DNA from: a virus
Taxonomy: Duplodnaviria > Caudoviricetes
Length of the DNA stretch: 44,942 bases
Strand: one strand, 5' to 3'
Virus record (IMG/VR): IMGVR_UViG_3300044580_000130
Location: 1 to 44,942 of that record
Of the stretch, positions 19,762 through 29,511 are shown piece after piece. The notes beneath the pieces are model-generated. The model made no database searches and was not told where the DNA came from. It worked only from the letters and a program-made list of their open reading frames with translations. The first letter of the stretch is position 1; each line of letters opens with the position of its first letter. Position numbers and translations under genes: made by a program.

Positions 19762-19788
19762 TGTCAAAAACGTGTCATTGAAATGTCA
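19762..19788 (+). promoter_or_regulatory. Putative late-activator binding site/late promoter
   Basis: TGTCA at 19762, 19773 and 19784 (11-bp period). Confidence 0.6.
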
Positions 19789-19836
19789 ATATATCCGTGT
19801 TAAGTTTGTATCGTAAAATGAAATCTGCTTATTTTA

Positions 19837-19870
19837 GAAAGCCGCTCCTGATTGCGCAGGGGCGGCTTTC
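19837..19870 (+). terminator. Stem-loop (terminator or leader hairpin)
   Basis: GAAAGCCGCTCCTG / CAGGGGCGGCTTTC inverted repeat; weak U tract. Confidence 0.5.
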
Positions 19871-19889
19871 GCTATTGTGAGGGACGGGC

Positions 19890-20048
19890 ATGAAGGACAA
19901 GATAATCATTTGCAAAGAATGCGTCTGGCGCGTTCGGGATTGCGATAAACCTTTCTGCCCACTACCGTTTTGCTTATATCTGTTTCATTATGAAAACAAG
20001 ACAAGCGAACTGGAGATAGTCGACACTGCGAACAAGGAGCAGCTATGA
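19890..20048 (+). CDS. 52-aa Cys-rich protein (not in ORF track)
   Basis: MKDKIIICKECVWR...FCPLPFC; stop overlaps ATG 20045. Confidence 0.6.
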   Translation: MKDKIIICKECVWRVRDCDKPFCPLPFCLYLFHYENKTSELEIVDTANKEQL

Positions 20049-20599
20049 TCCCGGATATATGTAAGGATTGCTTAGTCGAATGCGAGATGCATTGCGCTGC
20101 GTATACTGAGCTGCTGAATATATATGACAGACTGCGGACCGAGACGAAAACGGAAACGATTAAGCACCTACGCCAGCTGCTAAATCTCGTGGACGCGGAA
20201 GTTGCCGAGGACCTGCAGGCGATGGGAGAACAGGTCATCTCAAAGATGCCGGAGTTGGATATCATACCAGGCTTCGATATTAAGATCGGTTATGTTCGTT
20301 CTTATGAGAAGAAAGCCGATAAAGGCAAGACGGTGTGCGCAGACTGCCGGAAGGTCAATAAGGTCTACGGAGCATATCTTCCATATGATTTCATCATCAC
20401 GTTCTATGAACCGAACATCTACTACATGACTGAGAACCAGAAGAAGATATTAATGCTGCACGAGCTTAAGCATATCGGGATCGGTGAGCGGGGGCTGAAG
20501 ATCGAGTACCACGATGTAGAAGATTTCGGGGACATATTAACACGATTCGGCATTGATTGGAATTGGCTCGACAAAGAGGTGCCGGACATATTGGTATAA
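20045..20599 (+). CDS. Putative phage metallopeptidase
   Basis: YDFIITFY...LMLHELKHIG...HDVEDF (HExxH plus HD). Confidence 0.8.
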   Translation: MIPDICKDCLVECEMHCAAYTELLNIYDRLRTETKTETIKHLRQLLNLVDAEVAEDLQAMGEQVISKMPELDIIPGFDIKIGYVRSYEKKADKGKTVCADCRKVNKVYGAYLPYDFIITFYEPNIYYMTENQKKILMLHELKHIGIGERGLKIEYHDVEDFGDILTRFGIDWNWLDKEVPDILV

Positions 20600-20608
20600 A
20601 TTAAGCAG

Positions 20609-20944
20609 GTGGAGATGGTGGGCGCTGACCAGGTAAAGAAACGTAAAGAATTTATTCCGAACCCGAAACAGATTAAGATGGCGGAATTGCTTATAAATCC
20701 TGATGATCGGCGTACAAAAGCTGATAAGTGTAAGGAGGTCGGCATTTCCCATAAAACACTCTGTCAGTGGTTGAAAGATGAGCGGTTTGTAAAGTACATG
20801 AATAGCCGTCTATCTGTATATACAGATTCTGAATTACCCGAGGTTTGGAAAGCCCTTATAAACCAGTGCAAAAGAGGGAATGTAGCAGCCATGAAAGAAT
20901 ATTTTAAGCTTAAACAGCTTTATCCGGATACTTTGAATTGGTGA
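20609..20944 (+). CDS. HTH DNA-binding protein (phBC6A51-like); start uncertain
   Basis: CKEVGISHKTLCQWLKDERF HTH; GNVAAMKEYFKL. Confidence 0.75.
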   Translation: MEMVGADQVKKRKEFIPNPKQIKMAELLINPDDRRTKADKCKEVGISHKTLCQWLKDERFVKYMNSRLSVYTDSELPEVWKALINQCKRGNVAAMKEYFKLKQLYPDTLNW

Positions 20945-20948
20945 TGAT

Positions 20949-21632
20949 ATGGCAAAGTACTCGATTATAAAGTCGTTTCTGACATCAGATAAATGGATCA
21001 TATTCAGGCTTGGCCTTATAGCCGAACGAGGCTCTATCTGTCAGAAGTGCGGGAAGGTTATCGCTGATCCGCTTGACTGCATCGGTCATCATATAACGGA
21101 ACTTACGCCAGAGAATGTACACGATCCGATGATCAGTCTGAATCCAGCGAATGTTCTTATTGTCTGTCATGATTGTCATGATGAGATTCATAACCGGTTC
21201 GGTCACAAGCCTGAACGCGGCATCTACATAGTTTACGGTCCGCCGTTGGCCGGTAAGAAAACCTTTGTAAGGCAGAACGTGCAGCGAGGCGACATTATTA
21301 TTGATATCGATGCATTGTATCATGCAGTCTCGGGGTTGATATTGTATGACAAGCCAAGCAATCTATATCAGAATGTGATGGCTGCACATAATGCTCTAAT
21401 CGATAATATCAAGACTCGTTACGGCAAATGGAATTCAGCATATATCATCGGCGGCTATCCGGAGAAATACAAACGAGAGACGCTTGCTGATGAATTAGGC
21501 GCTGAGCTCGTGTTCTGCAACGTAAGCAAAGATGAATGTTTGAGGCGGCTGGAGAAAGATGAGGCGCGGCGCTGCCGCAAAGACGAATGGACGCGCTTTG
21601 TCAATGATTGGTTCGACCGATGCTGCGCATAG
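20949..21632 (+). CDS. HNH endonuclease fused to a P-loop NTPase domain
   Basis: CQKC...GHH...N...CHDCHDEIH, then IVYGPPLAGKKTFV. Confidence 0.85.
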   Translation: MAKYSIIKSFLTSDKWIIFRLGLIAERGSICQKCGKVIADPLDCIGHHITELTPENVHDPMISLNPANVLIVCHDCHDEIHNRFGHKPERGIYIVYGPPLAGKKTFVRQNVQRGDIIIDIDALYHAVSGLILYDKPSNLYQNVMAAHNALIDNIKTRYGKWNSAYIIGGYPEKYKRETLADELGAELVFCNVSKDECLRRLEKDEARRCRKDEWTRFVNDWFDRCCA

Positions 21633-21783
21633 GCCCCCCCTCCTCGGGGGCCTTTTCTCTCTGGGGGAACTGCGCAGGGGTCATCGGAATGACGCACGGC
21701 ACGAAATTTGAAATTTCGGAAAAAAGTCCAGAAACACTGAGTTTTTGGGTAGTATGCCATAAAATCGGCAAAGGGGCGCAATT
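21632..21783. other. Candidate cos/packaging initiation region
   Basis: Non-coding gap between HNH and terS with GGCCCCC/GGGGGCC and CGAAATTT-G-AAATTTCG inverted repeats. Confidence 0.45.
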
Positions 21784-22140
21784 ATGGGCAAAGGCGCGGG
21801 AAGAGAACCAGAGCAGACGAAAGAGACTGTATTCCAGACTGAATTTGATAAGCTTACTGCGGTATTCGCCGAGGTTGAAGAATCGAAGCGTCGACTGGTT
21901 GAAGGCCTCATCACCGATGCCGCTTTTTTATATTCTGAGAACTGGGCGCTGCGGCAACTCATTAAGGTGACTGGTTCAGTTAAGATTCACCCGCAGAATT
22001 CCAGCCTGCAGAAGACAGTGCCTGCAGTTGCGCAATACCTGAAAAATGCTAATGCCTATGCCGTGATCATTAAGGCACTCAACGGCATTCTTAATAAAAA
22101 CATCATCGAGGACGATGATGATATGGAGGATTACGAATGA
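21784..22140 (+). CDS. terS: Terminase small subunit (P27-like)
   Basis: Position before terL; LVEGLITDAAFL...PAVAQYLK...acidic tail. Confidence 0.75.
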   Translation: MGKGAGREPEQTKETVFQTEFDKLTAVFAEVEESKRRLVEGLITDAAFLYSENWALRQLIKVTGSVKIHPQNSSLQKTVPAVAQYLKNANAYAVIIKALNGILNKNIIEDDDDMEDYE

Positions 22141-22388
22141 TAGAGAAGAGAACTTGGGCTGAATTTAGAAGATCAGGATTCCTTTGGTGGATAAACATGA
22201 TATTACATACTTTCGGCTGGGCTATCTGTATGGATATCAATAAGGAAACCGGGGAAATTCAAGACGTATATCCGGCGAGAGTGAAGTTTCGAGGCTTCGA
22301 TGAAAAGAACAATTCCGAGGGATACATAAAAGTATCAAAATACATGAAGGAAAACGCGCCGATACTCGAAGCTGAATCTAGGGAATGA
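22137..22388 (+). CDS. Hypothetical phage protein inserted between terS and terL
   Basis: 83-aa ORF, ATGA-coupled. Confidence 0.75.
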   Translation: MIEKRTWAEFRRSGFLWWINMILHTFGWAICMDINKETGEIQDVYPARVKFRGFDEKNNSEGYIKVSKYMKENAPILEAESRE

Positions 22389-22394
22389 TGTTCC

Positions 22395-24143
22395 ATGGTT
22401 GACCTATTAACCGGTACATATTATGAGACCGGCGCCAGCCATGGCCAGCATTCGTGGCTGCTCGAATATATAGGAAAGTGCCGGCGAGGAGAGATCATCG
22501 TCGGCCGAGAGATCCTTCAGGAATTCGATATCCTGGAAGAACATTTTAATAATTCTGAAATCCGCTTTGAGATGGAAGACGCTCATAAGCGGATTCGTTT
22601 TATAGAAACCAAATGCAAGCACTATGAAGCTCCGTTTGCCGGGAAGCCGTTCATACTGGAGCTATTCCAGAAGGCTTTTGTTGAGGCGATTTACAGTTTC
22701 AAAATCTACGATGAAGAGGTCGGCCGTCATGTGCGGCTGATACAAGAATACCTGCTGGTCATCGGCCGCAAAAACGGCAAGACGCCGTTCGAAGCTGCGA
22801 TGGACTTAGCAGAATTCTTCTGCGGCCAGATGGGCACAAAAATACTTTGCTCATCGAACGACTACGAGCAGGCTGACTTGATGTTCCAGGCCATTGACGC
22901 CATGCGCGTTGAAAGCCCGTCCCTTGAGAGGCTGACCCGAAAAAACATAAAGGGTATATTTTTCGGCAATCCGAAAAAGCCAAAGAAAAAGGGAAAGTTC
23001 AGCTATCAGAACCATGGCAACATCAGAAAGATATCTGCAAAAACGGGTGCCAAGGAAGGCAGAAATATCGCAAAAGGATCCGTCGATGAATGTCATGAAT
23101 TACCGGACAATACGTCGATTATGCCTATCCGGCAGGCGCTCTCTACTCAGGACGAGCCTCTATATGCCGAGATCACGACAGAAGGCTTTACAAATGACGG
23201 GTACCTCGACGGGAGGCTGATAGAGGCTCGGCAGGTGCTGTCACGTGAAGTAGAAAACCCGCGCTGGTTGATTTGGCTGTACACGCAGGACAGCGAAGCG
23301 GAAGTCTGGCAGGACGAATCGACCTGGGTTAAAAGCAATCCTGGTCTAGGGACGATAAAGAAGTGGTCCTTCCTGCGGAAGATGATCGAAGAGGCTAAGA
23401 CCAACATGGCGACCAGGGCATTTGTCCTGGCCAAGGATTTTAACTTCAAGCAGAATAACGCAAAAGCATGGCTGTCTCCGGAGCTTTATACAATCAAAGA
23501 GCTGTTCGATTCTGACACCCTGAAAGGTTGCGTCGGTATCGGCGCCGTCGACCTTGCGGAGACAACGGACCTTGTTTCTGCGAGAATGATGATCATGCGT
23601 CCGGGAGATAAGCACAAATATATGCTTCAGCATTATTTTATTCCCGAATCCAAACTGGATGTGCATGATGACGGGAAAGACTATAAAGTCTGGAGAGATC
23701 AGGGCCTGCTTACAGTCAGCCCCGGAAACGATAACGATTTCAGTCTGATCACCGCATGGTTTATCAAGGTTGTAAAGCAATATGGCATACGGCCATACAA
23801 GATCGGTTATGACAATGCACTGGCAAAGTACTGGGTAAAAGAAATGGAAGATATTTTCCCGGACGGCTGCATGGTGCGGATACAACAGAATAGGCAAACA
23901 TTGTCAAACCCGATGAACCTCCTGGAAGCCGATCTGCGGAGCAAATACATAATCACGAACGCCAATCCTATTGATGAATGGTGTATGCAGAATACGGCCC
24001 TCGATATCAATAAAGACGGCCTCATTATGCCGATTAAAGTACAGGGTAACCGAGAAAAACGCATTGACGGCTGCTTGACTTTGATCTTCGTTGAGGCTAT
24101 CTTTCAGCAGTTCAAAAGCGAATATTTGAAATTAGTGGGGTGA
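22395..24143 (+). CDS. terL: Terminase large subunit (HK97/D3-type, cos)
   Basis: IGRKNGKT Walker A, VDECHE Walker B, AVDLAETTDL and KRIDG nuclease motifs. Confidence 0.95.
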   Translation: MVDLLTGTYYETGASHGQHSWLLEYIGKCRRGEIIVGREILQEFDILEEHFNNSEIRFEMEDAHKRIRFIETKCKHYEAPFAGKPFILELFQKAFVEAIYSFKIYDEEVGRHVRLIQEYLLVIGRKNGKTPFEAAMDLAEFFCGQMGTKILCSSNDYEQADLMFQAIDAMRVESPSLERLTRKNIKGIFFGNPKKPKKKGKFSYQNHGNIRKISAKTGAKEGRNIAKGSVDECHELPDNTSIMPIRQALSTQDEPLYAEITTEGFTNDGYLDGRLIEARQVLSREVENPRWLIWLYTQDSEAEVWQDESTWVKSNPGLGTIKKWSFLRKMIEEAKTNMATRAFVLAKDFNFKQNNAKAWLSPELYTIKELFDSDTLKGCVGIGAVDLAETTDLVSARMMIMRPGDKHKYMLQHYFIPESKLDVHDDGKDYKVWRDQGLLTVSPGNDNDFSLITAWFIKVVKQYGIRPYKIGYDNALAKYWVKEMEDIFPDGCMVRIQQNRQTLSNPMNLLEADLRSKYIITNANPIDEWCMQNTALDINKDGLIMPIKVQGNREKRIDGCLTLIFVEAIFQQFKSEYLKLVG

Positions 24144-24148
24144 ATAAT

Positions 24149-24688
24149 TTGACGTGTATCATTGGAGCAATTGATAACGGAATAATTCATATGGGCGCGG
24201 ATAGTGCCGGGGTCGGTGGTTATTATATCGAGCGACGTAAGGACGAGAAGGTGTTTATTAACGGCGATTTCATTATCGGGTTTACATCTTCTTTCCGAAT
24301 GGGTCAACTGCTCCGCTTCACGTTCTCGCCGCCCAAAATAAAAGAAAATCAGGATATTTATCAATTCATGGTTTCGGATTTCGTCGAGAGCGTCCGCCAA
24401 TGTCTAAAATCAGGGGGATATACAAAGATTGAAAGCAACGAAGAAACGGGCGGAATGTTTCTTGTAGGTTACAAAGGACGCCTTTTTACAATTGCCCCTG
24501 ATTTTCAGGTCGGAGAATTGCTTATAGATTATGCATCGGTCGGTTGCGGAAGTGATATCGCGCTAGGGTCGATGTATTCAACAGACGGAAAGCCGATAAC
24601 AGAGCGCATTATGACCGGCCTAAAAGCCGCGGAGGAATTCAGCGCAGGGGTTAGAGGGCCGTTTAATATCTTAACGCTGGGCGGGTGA
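24149..24688 (+). CDS. HslV/proteasome-beta-like Ntn threonine protease
   Basis: TTG 24149 after GGGGTGA gives M-TCIIG..ADS; K in RKDEKV; SVGCGS motif. Confidence 0.7.
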   Translation: MTCIIGAIDNGIIHMGADSAGVGGYYIERRKDEKVFINGDFIIGFTSSFRMGQLLRFTFSPPKIKENQDIYQFMVSDFVESVRQCLKSGGYTKIESNEETGGMFLVGYKGRLFTIAPDFQVGELLIDYASVGCGSDIALGSMYSTDGKPITERIMTGLKAAEEFSAGVRGPFNILTLGG

Positions 24689-24692
24689 CATA

Positions 24693-24863
24693 GTGAAAAA
24701 GTTTCTCTTTCAAATCCTTGACATACTGCTCCTGTTTCCGGGAATGGCTCTCATATCATATGGCGTCTATCAGATATATAGACCGGCGGGTTTCATAATG
24801 TCTGGCCTGTGCCTCGCAGCGCTGGCCTTTTTTGTTGCAAAAAAACAGGCGCGGGGGAGGTGA
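24693..24863 (+). CDS. 56-aa two-TM membrane protein preceding portal (DUF1056-like; not in ORF track)
   Basis: MKKFLFQILDILLLFPGMALISYGVYQIYRPAGFIMSGLCLAALAFFVAKK. Confidence 0.75.
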   Translation: MKKFLFQILDILLLFPGMALISYGVYQIYRPAGFIMSGLCLAALAFFVAKKQARGR

Positions 24864-24868
24864 GTTAA

Positions 24869-26149
24869 TTGCTGCTTGACAGCCTATTCAAGAACAATCG
24901 GACACAGCAGCTGCAGTATGCAAAGTTCCTTGATAATTCGATGCCGCTGTTTTCGCAGTTCGGCCGGAATATATACGCCTCCGATGTTGTCCAGACTTGC
25001 ATAGACCGCATCGCCACCGAGTTGTCGAAACTGCAGCCGAGGCATATCAGACGGGGCGCAAAGGGCGAACTTTTGCCGCTGCCCGGCGACAGCATCAATG
25101 CCCTGTTTGAATGTATGCCGAATGAGATAATGACCACGCGCGATTTCATAGAAAAGACGGTCTGGAACCTTTATCTCGATTACAACTCGTTCATCTTCCC
25201 AACCTACGACATCATTACTGACAGTAAAACCAATAGGCAGAGCAAGAAATACACCGGTTTTTATCCGCTCAGCCCTATACAGGTGGACTTCCTGCAGGAT
25301 GTGACCGGCACGCTGTTTATAAAGCTATATTTTCGCAATGGCGCAAATTACACCCTGCCTTATTCCGACGTCATACATCTCCGAAAGAAATTCAGCGTCA
25401 ATGATGTGATGGGCGGCGGCGCGAACGGGCAGCCGGATAATTCGGCGCTGCTCAAAACGCTTGAGATCAACGACACGATCCTTCAAGGTGTCAGCAAAGC
25501 TGTCAAAACGAGCATGCAGGTGCGCGGGATTCTGAAGATCAATTCGGTGATGGAAGACGACCTGCAGAAAGCCGAGCGGCAGGCACTGGAAAAGCAAATC
25601 GCTGAAGATGCCTATGGAATCGTATCCGGAGATTATAAGCAGGACTTCCAGCCGATCACAATTAACCCAAAGGTCCTTGACACGACCACGCTTGACTTTG
25701 TGCAGAATAAGATTCTGCGCTGGTACGGCATGTCGCTGCCGATCCTCAACGGAACCGCGACCGACGAAGAAAATCAGTCCTGGTACAACACAACGCTGGA
25801 GCCGATCATCATCGGCATGAACCAGGCATATACCGGCAAGGTGTTTTCTAAAAACGAACGGTCTTACGGCAATCAGATCATTTTTAACAACTTCGCGCTG
25901 GAAACCATGAGCGTAAAAAACAAGTCCGAAATCATTAAGGGGCTTGGGGACCGTGGAGCGCTCACAAATAACTTTTTACTTGGCATGTTCGGCATCGAGC
26001 CGTATGAAGGCGGCGAAATAAGAGTTGCCAGTCTGAACTATATCAACGCAACCATTTGGGACGCATATCAGCTGGCACGCGCCGGTATTGATTCACAGGC
26101 ACCCGGCGCACTGACAACAATGAGTGGAGGAAACGGAAATGAAAAATGA
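24869..26149 (+). CDS. Portal protein (HK97 family)
   Basis: VQTCIDRIATELSKL, PNEIMT, YSDVIHLR; position after terL. Confidence 0.93.
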   Translation: MLLDSLFKNNRTQQLQYAKFLDNSMPLFSQFGRNIYASDVVQTCIDRIATELSKLQPRHIRRGAKGELLPLPGDSINALFECMPNEIMTTRDFIEKTVWNLYLDYNSFIFPTYDIITDSKTNRQSKKYTGFYPLSPIQVDFLQDVTGTLFIKLYFRNGANYTLPYSDVIHLRKKFSVNDVMGGGANGQPDNSALLKTLEINDTILQGVSKAVKTSMQVRGILKINSVMEDDLQKAERQALEKQIAEDAYGIVSGDYKQDFQPITINPKVLDTTTLDFVQNKILRWYGMSLPILNGTATDEENQSWYNTTLEPIIIGMNQAYTGKVFSKNERSYGNQIIFNNFALETMSVKNKSEIIKGLGDRGALTNNFLLGMFGIEPYEGGEIRVASLNYINATIWDAYQLARAGIDSQAPGALTTMSGGNGNEK

Positions 26150-26804
26150 TAAGCTGCCGAAGCTCGGCACAAGAGAAATACGGTCGTTTGCTATCCCTGA
26201 CCTCAGAGCGGCTGATGAAGGCTATATTGTCGAGGGTCACGCCGCCGTTTTCGGCCAGGAATACGATATGGGTTATTACACCGAGGTAATTGCCCGTGGC
26301 GCCTTCGACAAAACCGATTTTTCGGACGTGCTGTTCTGCATCAATCACGACCTGAAAAGGATCCCGCTGGCCAGGAGCCGGAACAACAATGCGAATTCGA
26401 CATTGAAACTCAGCGTTGACGAACAGGGCCTGTATACCCGTGCCGTCCTCGATGCTGAAAACAATGTCGAAGCAAAAGCCCTGCACAGCAGCGTCAAGCG
26501 CGGCGATATGTCCGGCATGTCATACATATTTGTTGTCCGCGGTGAAGAGTGGGAAAAACTCGACAGCGACATGCCGAAGCGTACCATTACAGACGTTGCG
26601 GTGATCTACGAAGTAGGAAGCGTATCCTTCCCGGCGAATCCCGGGACTGATATATCTGCCCGGAGCCAAGAGGCACTGGAGAGTGCCCGGCTGACACTGG
26701 AGAGTGCCAGGGAACGCGCGAAACTGGAGAGTTTCGCAGGGCAGAACGGCGAAAACGACCTGGAGCTTGCGAAGCTCAAAGCCAGAGCAAAATTATTAAT
26801 TTAA
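26139..26804 (+). CDS. Prohead protease (HK97 family)
   Basis: VEGHAAVF, EVIARGAF, NHD, GMSY, EVGSVSFPA. Confidence 0.93.
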   Translation: MKNDKLPKLGTREIRSFAIPDLRAADEGYIVEGHAAVFGQEYDMGYYTEVIARGAFDKTDFSDVLFCINHDLKRIPLARSRNNNANSTLKLSVDEQGLYTRAVLDAENNVEAKALHSSVKRGDMSGMSYIFVVRGEEWEKLDSDMPKRTITDVAVIYEVGSVSFPANPGTDISARSQEALESARLTLESARERAKLESFAGQNGENDLELAKLKARAKLLI

Positions 26805-26816
26805 CGGAGGTTCATC

Positions 26817-28163
26817 ATGAAATTAAGTGCAAGACTTAAGAAAATGCTTGCCGATATGGAGGCAAGAAAGACGGCGCTCAGCGGCCAGATCGATGCGGCA
26901 ACTGATGCCGTAGCAGTTCGCAGCCTTATGAAGGATATTGAAGCGGTCAATGCCAATATAACGGAACTCCGCGCGGCCATCACCGAAGCGGAGGCATCTG
27001 AAGCGGCAGCTGAGGCGGGTGCCGCCGGCAACGACGGCGGAACCGATGGTGCCGGTGCCGAAGGCGATGAAGGCGGTGAGATCGAGGGAAGAGGCAAGAC
27101 ACCGGTTGGCGGATTTAAGCCTCTTGGCACTTACACTATGGGGACGGCCAGAGGAAAGAAGGATCCTGAAGGAAGGGACGGAGAGCCGGAAGATAAATAT
27201 GCCACCCTCGAATACAGGCAGGCTTTCATGAAATTCGCCCAGAAGGGCGAGATCAACCCGGCGCTGTTCCCCGAACAGAGAGCCAACGAGATGACGACCA
27301 CGACCGATATCTCAGCGGTGATCCCTACGACGATTCTCAATGAGGTCATTAGAAAGATTCAGATTTATGGGCAGGTATACAAACGGCTTCGTAAGCTCAA
27401 TATTAAGGGCGGCGTAACCGTACCGATCCTCTCTCTGAAGCCGACTGCGACATGGATCGGCGAGTCTTCAACTTCCGAGAAGAAAAAAGTTCAGGCGAAC
27501 TCCAATGTCACATTCGCTTACTATGGTCTGGAATGCAAGGTTTCCACGTCCCTTCTTGCAGATACTGTGTCTCTTGCCGGATTTGAGAACGTGATTACCG
27601 ACCTGATCGTTGAGGCGATGATCAAAGCGGTGGAAATCGCCGTTATTGGCGGAGACGGCACCGGGAAAATGCTCGGTATCACTGCAGACTCCAGAGTCCC
27701 GGCGGCGCAGATCGTTACCTTGTCCTCCACAGATTTCGGTGCTTGGGATGCATGGAAGAAAAAGGTGTTCGCCAAAATGCCCTTGGCATATAAGGCGGGT
27801 GCGACCTTCCTTATGGCATCAGGTACCTTTGAGGGTTATATCGACGGTATGACGGATGCCAACGGCCAGCCTGTCGGCCGAGTCAACTATGGCATCACAG
27901 ACGGGCCCCAGGAGCGCTTCGGCGGTAAGGAAGTCATTCAGGTCGAGGACGATATCATAGCACCGTACGACGATGCTGCGGCAGGCGCTGTCGTCGCCAT
28001 CTACTGCAACCTCGGCAACTACGCCTTCAACAGCAATCTGCAGATGATGATGTTCCGCTATTTCGACCACGACACCAATGAGTGGATCGACAAAGCAATT
28101 CTCATTGCTGACGGAAAGCTCATCGATCCCAATGGCGTTGTCATCATAAAGAAGGGCGCCTGA
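26817..28163 (+). CDS. Major capsid protein (HK97 fold, N-terminal delta domain)
   Basis: Coiled-coil N-terminus, AVIPTTILNEVI, ATWIGE, GDGTGKMLGI. Confidence 0.93.
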   Translation: MKLSARLKKMLADMEARKTALSGQIDAATDAVAVRSLMKDIEAVNANITELRAAITEAEASEAAAEAGAAGNDGGTDGAGAEGDEGGEIEGRGKTPVGGFKPLGTYTMGTARGKKDPEGRDGEPEDKYATLEYRQAFMKFAQKGEINPALFPEQRANEMTTTTDISAVIPTTILNEVIRKIQIYGQVYKRLRKLNIKGGVTVPILSLKPTATWIGESSTSEKKKVQANSNVTFAYYGLECKVSTSLLADTVSLAGFENVITDLIVEAMIKAVEIAVIGGDGTGKMLGITADSRVPAAQIVTLSSTDFGAWDAWKKKVFAKMPLAYKAGATFLMASGTFEGYIDGMTDANGQPVGRVNYGITDGPQERFGGKEVIQVEDDIIAPYDDAAAGAVVAIYCNLGNYAFNSNLQMMMFRYFDHDTNEWIDKAILIADGKLIDPNGVVIIKKGA

Positions 28164-28185
28164 TCTTATAAGAAATAGTAATTTA

Positions 28186-28205
28186 GGGGAGCGGTAACGC
28201 TCCCC
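28186..28205 (+). other. GNRA-loop hairpin after the capsid gene
   Basis: GGGGAGCG-GTAA-CGCTCCCC, no U tract. Confidence 0.5.
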
Positions 28206-28226
28206 GGCTATTTAGGAGGGAAATCT

Positions 28227-28829
28227 ATGTATCCGTACAATCATAAAAAGGGCCAGAAAATCCAGACCAACGCGCCCGGAATTTCTGTCGACCAAGCATT
28301 CGCCGCTCGCGTTCTCATACCAGCCGCAGCAGCCGTTGCTGCCGATACAGACGGCGTCCACGCTGCGCTTGACGGTACTGCGCACGCAGCGGTTACAACT
28401 GGGATAACGAATCCGGCAGTTCCCCGCAATATCACAGCGACGGCCGGAGGTACGGCCGGCAGTATCAAAGCGATTCAGGTCACCATCACGGGAACCAATT
28501 ACGCCGGTGAGGTGATCACGGAAACACTTCCCGCCTTTACGGTTGACACCGCCGGAACAGTCGCGGGGTCGAAGGCGTTTAAGACGGTCACGCAGATCGA
28601 CATTCCCGCACATGATGCCGCCAGCGCCACAACGGCCATAGGCTGGGGAGATATCTTCGGTCTGCCTTATCTGCTTGAAGCGGACGAGCAGGTCATTGTG
28701 AAACTGTTCAACAAATCAGCAGATACCGGCACGGTCGTCGCTGATGCCGATGAGTTGGAAAAGAACACTTTCGACCCGAACGGTACTCCGGACGGTCTGA
28801 AGGACATTGATCTCTATATCCTGGTTTAA
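28227..28829 (+). CDS. Putative virion structural/head decoration protein
   Basis: Ala/Thr/Gly-rich beta-type protein, strong RBS AGGAGG, between MCP and connector. Confidence 0.6.
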   Translation: MYPYNHKKGQKIQTNAPGISVDQAFAARVLIPAAAAVAADTDGVHAALDGTAHAAVTTGITNPAVPRNITATAGGTAGSIKAIQVTITGTNYAGEVITETLPAFTVDTAGTVAGSKAFKTVTQIDIPAHDAASATTAIGWGDIFGLPYLLEADEQVIVKLFNKSADTGTVVADADELEKNTFDPNGTPDGLKDIDLYILV

Positions 28830-28843
28830 GGCGGTGAAACAGC

Positions 28844-29119
28844 ATGGCGCATATATTGACCGAAGCCGAAGCGCTCCAGGCACTGCATATGGAATCCGCC
28901 GACGAATGCCCAAATCTCGAAATGCTGCTTTCGGGCGTAGACGACGGATTAAAGACAGAAACAGGCCATGATTGGGCGAATGACAATGTTATAGACCCCA
29001 CGGCAAAGCTTGCCGCCATGCTGTTACTTATAAGTCTGCACGACGGGACACCAGTACCGCCCTTTTACACACAGAAGGTGGTGCAACTCGACGGTAAGGT
29101 GAAAGCCGGTGTAGTATGA
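28844..29119 (+). CDS. Head-tail connector (gp6-like)
   Basis: Size, position, AKLAAMLLL motif. Confidence 0.75.
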   Translation: MAHILTEAEALQALHMESADECPNLEMLLSGVDDGLKTETGHDWANDNVIDPTAKLAAMLLLISLHDGTPVPPFYTQKVVQLDGKVKAGVV

Positions 29120-29511
29120 GGAAATATAAAACTTCGGACCTGAAGCACCGGATTTTCATTCAGAGGGATTCGGCGTTGGGAACGACGGACAGCAACGGGA
29201 ACCCGGCGGCACCCGCATGGGAGTCCATCACCGAAAAGGTAATCTGGGCGGGTAAAAAAGGGCTTACCGGAACCACATTCTTTGCGGCTGCAGCTACGCA
29301 TTCCGAGGATAATATTCTTTTTGTGGTGCGGTACAACGCCAAGACCAAAACGGTCACCACGGCCATGCGCATCGTCGAGGGCATCACCGTCACAGACGGC
29401 GCGGAGGCGTATGATCATATCTATGAAATCACGGCGCCGCCAGTCGATGTTGGTGACCGGCATGAATGGCTTGAAATTCACGCAAAAGAGGTCGAGATCA
29501 ATGGGGGCTGA
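29116..29511 (+). CDS. Head closure/stopper protein (SPP1 gp16-like)
   Basis: LKHRIFIQ, FVVRY, MRIV, YEI. Confidence 0.85.
   Translation: MRKYKTSDLKHRIFIQRDSALGTTDSNGNPAAPAWESITEKVIWAGKKGLTGTTFFAAAATHSEDNILFVVRYNAKTKTVTTAMRIVEGITVTDGAEAYDHIYEITAPPVDVGDRHEWLEIHAKEVEINGG

Noticed and set aside
26674-26732. CACTGGAGAGTGCC direct repeats
   Set aside because: Explained by the LESAR heptad repeats at the protease C-terminus
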